Made by a program: the position numbers and the translations under genes. A stretch of 64,000 bases of DNA from Eledone cirrhosa (lineage: Eukaryota). Location: NCBI GenBank assembly GCA_964016885.1, contig OZ024740.1, positions 126,604,001 through 126,668,000 of the forward strand. Direction: 5' to 3'. This document shows, in pieces, positions 58,900 through 64,000 of the stretch (its first letter is position 1; each line of letters opens with the position of its first letter). Under the pieces are notes generated by a model. That model saw only the letters and a program-made list of their open reading frames with translations. It had not been told where the DNA came from and searched no databases.

Positions 58900-59460
58900 T
58901 TTACTATTTCATAGGCTCTGTTCATCCGGGATCGTGGATACCAAGATCTCGAGATGTTTTTGAAGACATCTACTACCACACCATGCAGATCCCTCGGCAG
59001 CCTGTTGAAGAGTTGAGGGCCCTTGAACCCCGGGCTATTGCAATATATGCTCATTTCTCTAGATGTGTAAAACATGACATTTGGCTCCACACGGTGACGT
59101 CCTGTTCGTTGGTTGGTCCAGCTCCCAATGCCAAAGTTTGGTACTCGTCCCTCCAAGATTTTCCACATGTATATCACTGCGTATCTCTCCCGTCTTCCTT
59201 CCAAGGAGTAGAGGTTCAGTTCTTTTAGCCACACTCAGTAGCTTATCTCCTCTATCGTCGCAATCCTCTTGGTGTAGCTTCGCAGGATTACCTCAAGCTC
59301 TGTGGTTAGTTTGACACTATTGTGTGACAACAACTGGGACCAATAGTCCAGGCGGCTTAGGAAAAATGTCCTCCATAATGTCAACATGGTGTATCGGTCT
59401 CTTGTCCGGAAAGTCTTCAAGATCCAGCCAGCGAGTCGTCTGCACATTGTCGCCACTTTG
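58900..59460 (-). mobile_element. CR1-group LINE 3' fragment
   Basis: GWILKTFRTRD..LWRTFFLSRLDY; LKELNLYSLEGRRERY..WKILEG; GPQLFNRLP. Confidence 0.85.
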
Positions 59461-59789
59461 AGTTTTTCTTCAAGCTCGCGGTTGGAAGGCGGTGGACAGA
59501 GTGGGCAGTCTAGTTGGTATATCGGGAATCTAGTTGTTTGATTCCGGAAATTACTCTGGGCAGAGATTCTGGGGTTTAGCCAGTTGTGGTACAATAGTCC
59601 GTATGTGTTGTTGGAGAGTGCGGTGTAGCTGTTGTATGAGTTTCCTAAGGCAGAATTTGTGTATATAGCTAAGTGATCGTTTGAGGCCTGGTGATTTGAA
59701 GCATATTGGTAGGTGCAAGTTTTTGATAGTTTTTGCGATGATTTAGAACCCTAGAATAGGAATGAGAAATGGGATGACAGATAACAAAT

Positions 59790-61141
59790 CCCCAGGTAAT
59801 AATAACCCTAGGAAGGCCCCTACCAACTCCACTAGAACCCCTAGAAGTAATAGACCTAGAAATATCACCTGGCTTAACCCCCCCCCCATTCTCATCTAAT
59901 CTAGCCACTAATATCGCTAAACGCTTCTTCTATATCCTATCTAAATATTTCCACCCCAACCATAGCTATTACAAACTCTTTAATAAAAATAACATTAACA
60001 TCTCATTCTCCACAACACCTAACCTAGCTAGCCACATCGCATTCAGTAAACATCATAAACTAAGAAAGAAATAACTCCCACACCGCGGTACCACCACCCC
60101 TATCAAATACACCACGCCACTACACCAATAATTACTCTAGTAGCACACCTCCCCCATCTAATCCTTCTAGCACTGATCTACCGCTTAGGTTAAACTTCCC
60201 TACTCTCACTAACCGCAGAAGCAACTGCAACTGCCGTTACCTTAATGCATGCCCATTAAATGGACACTGCCTGACACCCAACATAGTCTATAGGTGCACG
60301 GTTAAAACTGCTTCGAATGCCAGCTGTTATATCGGGTCTACCTCTAACCCTTTTAAGGTACGCTATAACGCGCATTCTTTTTCCTTCCGAGACCCTAGCA
60401 ACAGATGTTCGACATCGCTAACTAGGCTCATTAAAAACCTTAAATTAAGCAATGTTCAACACTCACTAAAATGGGATATCGTGGCTAGGCACCAACCGTT
60501 CAATGGACGAAGAAAATCTTGTGATCTATGTATATTACATAACTCTATCACGACCTCTACCGATTAACGATAGAACGGAGGTAATTATTAGCTGTCAACA
60601 TCGAAGGGCTAATTCCTTCGCCAATAGAATATTTGACCCATCTTAGTCATCTAGCCCCATTTTTACTTGTAGCTAATAAGTTAAATAGCTACGACTAACT
60701 TAGATAATTATAAGTTCCCTCCCCTATATTGTCTCTCAATTAAACAAATTAAAAATAGCACTTAACTATAAACTACCCACAATTTCTAATCTCTTGAGGA
60801 GTTACTTCCCCTGAAACCACTCTCTAATTAGTAAGGTAAATATGTCCTTTGGCAGCCATCTTGTTACCCATTCGCAGATCTCACACAATGCAGCCTCGAC
60901 AGATGAATACTGCTTGATTATGACTGACAACTGATGCAACCAAGACACCATAGTGAAAAACCAATATATGGAACATTATATTATGCAATTCTCTCATTAT
61001 TTTAATTTGAAGTTCCGATGAGCCGCTCTGCTTTTTAAATATGTTAATTATTTTCAACTGAACCGGATCAATTATGATATATAGTCATCTGCTCCAGAAA
61101 TAATATATGGAGTAGCGGAACAATTGTAAACGGACAGTATT
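59790..61141 (+). mobile_element. 5'-truncated Naiad-like PLE with 3' UTR HHR (59460-59795 may be an inverted upstream piece)
   Basis: RPRNITWLNPP..SKYFHPNHSY..ISFSTTPNL; CNCRYLNACPLNGHCL..IVYRC..YIGSTSNPFKVRY; CDLC; SCQHR. Confidence 0.87.
61012..61131 (+). ncRNA. Degenerate hammerhead with ~95-nt stem II domain
   Basis: gtt-CCGATGA-gccgct...agcg-GAACAATTGTA-aac, with small deletions near GAAA. Confidence 0.55.
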
Positions 61142-61258
61142 AAATCCCGCCCAGGTTGACTTTGCCTTTCATCCTTACGGGGTCGATAAAATAAAGTACC
61201 AGTAATGCACTGGGTAATTGCTGGCCTTGTGCCTAAAGTAGAAACAATTATTATTAAT
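61142..61258 (+). mobile_element. SINE 3' half, near-identical to 58104-58220
   Basis: Direct sequence match. Confidence 0.8.
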
Positions 61259-61918
61259 ATTATTATTATTATTCTCTACATTCCGTACATCAAACTAAAA
61301 TATGTTGACAATCTTTTAATAATGTCTATTTTGTGAAATTTGTGGTCTTGTTTTGCTTAACTAATGAATATTTCCAGCTCTGCGCACCTAACTGTTGCGT
61401 GAACCCAGCCACCTAGCTGCTTGCTACTGCATATTGCACATTGAGCACATGCCTTTAGGCTTTGGCTTCTAACTAATTCACCAATCTCTCCTCTCATATC
61501 TCCTCTCCTATCTCCATCTCTCTCTTTAAGATTGGTTACTCTTGAACTGTGTGTATATATATATATATATATATTGATGGAAACCTCTTTGCCTTTGTCA
61601 CCCTTATCCCAGCCTTAAAGAATTAGCTTCTAAATAATTTCCCCTTTCTTTAAACCATTGAACCCCACCCATCCTGTATACACCTGTCTTACAGGCTGTG
61701 TTAGTCTAAGTGAAAAACTAGGATTGCTATTGCAAATATGATTTTGTTCACAGTATTCTTCCTGCCGTCGTTAATAGTATAGCTTTAAAGAATTAGCTTT
61801 TAATGAACTCCCTTTTCTTTAAATCCTTCAACCAATGACCTCCACCCATCCCAATCCCCACCCTCCCCTACCACCAGTAAAGAAAATATATAAATACCAC
61901 TACTTACTTGGAGAGCCT

Positions 61919-61967
61919 GCTCCCTGATGATTTCTAACGAATGAAACAGTTCTATTCCTGTAGAAGC
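61919..61967 (+). ncRNA. Type I hammerhead ribozyme (48697 family)
   Basis: gctcc-CTGATGA-tttctaacgaat-GAAACAG..CTGTA-gaagc, with the family tail to 62050. Confidence 0.78.
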
Positions 61968-62209
61968 TCTTCTATATTAAAACTTTTATACTCTGCTACG
62001 TATTGAATACCTTACTTACTGTGGTTACGACCGATTCAACCCGGAATAACATTTATATATATATATATAGCGAAAACCAACCAAACAGTGATTGTGTTCT
62101 GTTATTAATTCTGGCAATATTACACAAATATGACCCTCCCCAAGTATAACAATATTTGTTTCGACACACGATTTCATATAAAAAACCTCGCAATACTAAT
62201 TCATCGCCG

Positions 62210-62271
<62 letters not shown>

Positions 62272-62894
62272 TTGTATTCATACATGCATATACTTTTACC
62301 CCGAATTATGCCTGTATATTTAGACGTATAATTGTTAATTTTCTTAAGTTTTTCAATACTAATGTAACATATGTGTTATTTCTTTCCTCACATTTATTGC
62401 AATGGTTTACATTTTTAACACAAAATGTAACTTTATTTTTCTAACATTGTCATGAGGCATCACACTTTCTCCATGACGTCAAATAAAATTATGTGTGTAC
62501 TTGTATCTAAGTTGCTATAAATTAATGTTTCGTCCCTGGTGTGCTACTCCACTGGACAGTGTTTGGCTTGTGTCAGATACGGTGACCCAGTTTTGACAAG
62601 CAGTCGATCTTCAGAACGAATGACCCTGGAATTCTGTGCACTTCGTATGTATTTTTAGTTTAAACAGATAGTTTCTTAAGTTTTTCTACTTAAAAGAAAT
62701 AATTTTCGCTTTGCCCTTTTTCCGTCGTTATCTTCTTAATAATCTTAAGCTTATATGCTTCAATATATATATATATATATACTCACACACACTTACACAC
62801 ACAGGCACATACATATATACACGTATGCACACACAAATATATATACGTATATATATATATTTATATATATATATAAATATATATATATACACAC

Positions 62895-62980
<86 letters not shown>

Positions 62981-63127
62981 ATTTTGAGTTTATGTTGGTT
63001 GTATACCAACACCTCAGTATGCAGGCTGGAGCACTCGACGAAGTGCGCAGGTTGGTTTGGTTACTCCGGAGTAGTGTAAAATAAAGTTAAATAAAAGTCA
63101 AATGATTAAAATTTAGCTTCGATTATT

Positions 63128-63182
63128 ACTGCTATATATATTTCAGTGACAGCCATCTTTGGCTGTGACCTCTTCAGACAGT
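63128..63182 (-). ncRNA. Type I hammerhead ribozyme
   Basis: Reverse complement of the 63557 motif, with stem I actgt/gcagt. Confidence 0.85.
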
Positions 63183-63556
63183 TTGAATTAGTATGGTATA
63201 GACAAGTACATATGTTGTTTAGGTGTATGATATTGTCAATACTCTGATATGCCCAGTTCCTTGCTGGGTTGTTAATTCACTGGGGAACTGGAGTCATATG
63301 AATTCAAACAAACGAATTTTCGTGTCACAGGTCCCCTTCTCCTCTCATTGGTCAGTTATTAGTGTTGATGACAACACTAATAACTGACCAATGAGAGGAG
63401 AAGGGGACCTGTGACACGAAAATTCGTTTGTTTGAATTCATATGACTCCAGTTCCCCAGTGAATTAACAACCCAGCAAGGAACTGGGCATATCAGAGTAT
63501 TGACAATATCATACACCTAAACAACATATGTACTTGTCTATACCATACTAATTCAA

Positions 63557-63611
63557 ACTGCCTGAAGAGGTCACAGCCAAAGATGGCTGTCACTGAAATA
63601 TATATAGCAGT
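63557..63611 (+). ncRNA. Type I hammerhead ribozyme
   Basis: actgc-CTGAAGA-ggtcacagcca-aaga-tggctgtcact-GAAATATATATA-gcagt. Confidence 0.88.
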
Positions 63612-63655
63612 AATAATCGAAGCTAAATTTTAATCATTTGACTTTTATTTAACTT

Positions 63656-63733
<78 letters not shown>

Positions 63734-64000
63734 ATATACACACATAGACGCAATCACAAACATGTATTCGAGCGTGTGTTGGTATTTTTGTGTGTGGGCA
63801 TATTTGTGCGTATATATTCAAGTTCATTCAAATTAATTCTGACAAATGTCTTATTAATATACTACATTGATTTTCCCATTAATAATAAAACGAAACACTA
63901 ATATAAATAAAAACAGTTATAATAAAATAATGATTATTACCATGATAATTTTTAGGACATGAGGGAGAACAGCATGAACAATAATAAGAACAATAACAAC

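Larger units (their letters stand above)
62981..63662. repeat. ~290-bp-arm near-perfect palindrome with one HHR in each arm
   Basis: About 63077-63368 is inverted to 63373-63662, with apex tagtgttg-atga-caacacta. Confidence 0.92.

Overview
AT-rich eukaryotic DNA dense in microsatellites. The SINE and repeat types resemble cephalopod (Octopus-like) sequence, which is an inference. I can support no host gene, and most short ORFs in the track are translated (TA)n/(TG)n repeats. The window is dominated by Penelope-like retroelements (PLEs) that look like the Naiad clade: one near-complete RT + GIY-YIG ORF at 5402-7488 and several fragments. It also holds RTE/CR1 LINE fragments, tRNA-type SINEs, a mariner remnant and a non-autonomous Helitron. 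The main finding is about 30 type I hammerhead ribozyme (HHR) motifs from about 12 sequence families, folded by eye. Several sit one per unit in 465-650 bp non-coding tandem repeats, which resemble retrozymes and could be circRNA templates. Many have palindromic stem III, enlarged stem II or fixed core variants. Fold-back junctions repeatedly fall in or next to the ribozyme, one within 1-3 nt of the predicted cleavage site. One PLE has in-frame TGA at conserved Cys codons, a selenocysteine candidate with caveats. Coordinates and folds were read manually and activity is untested.
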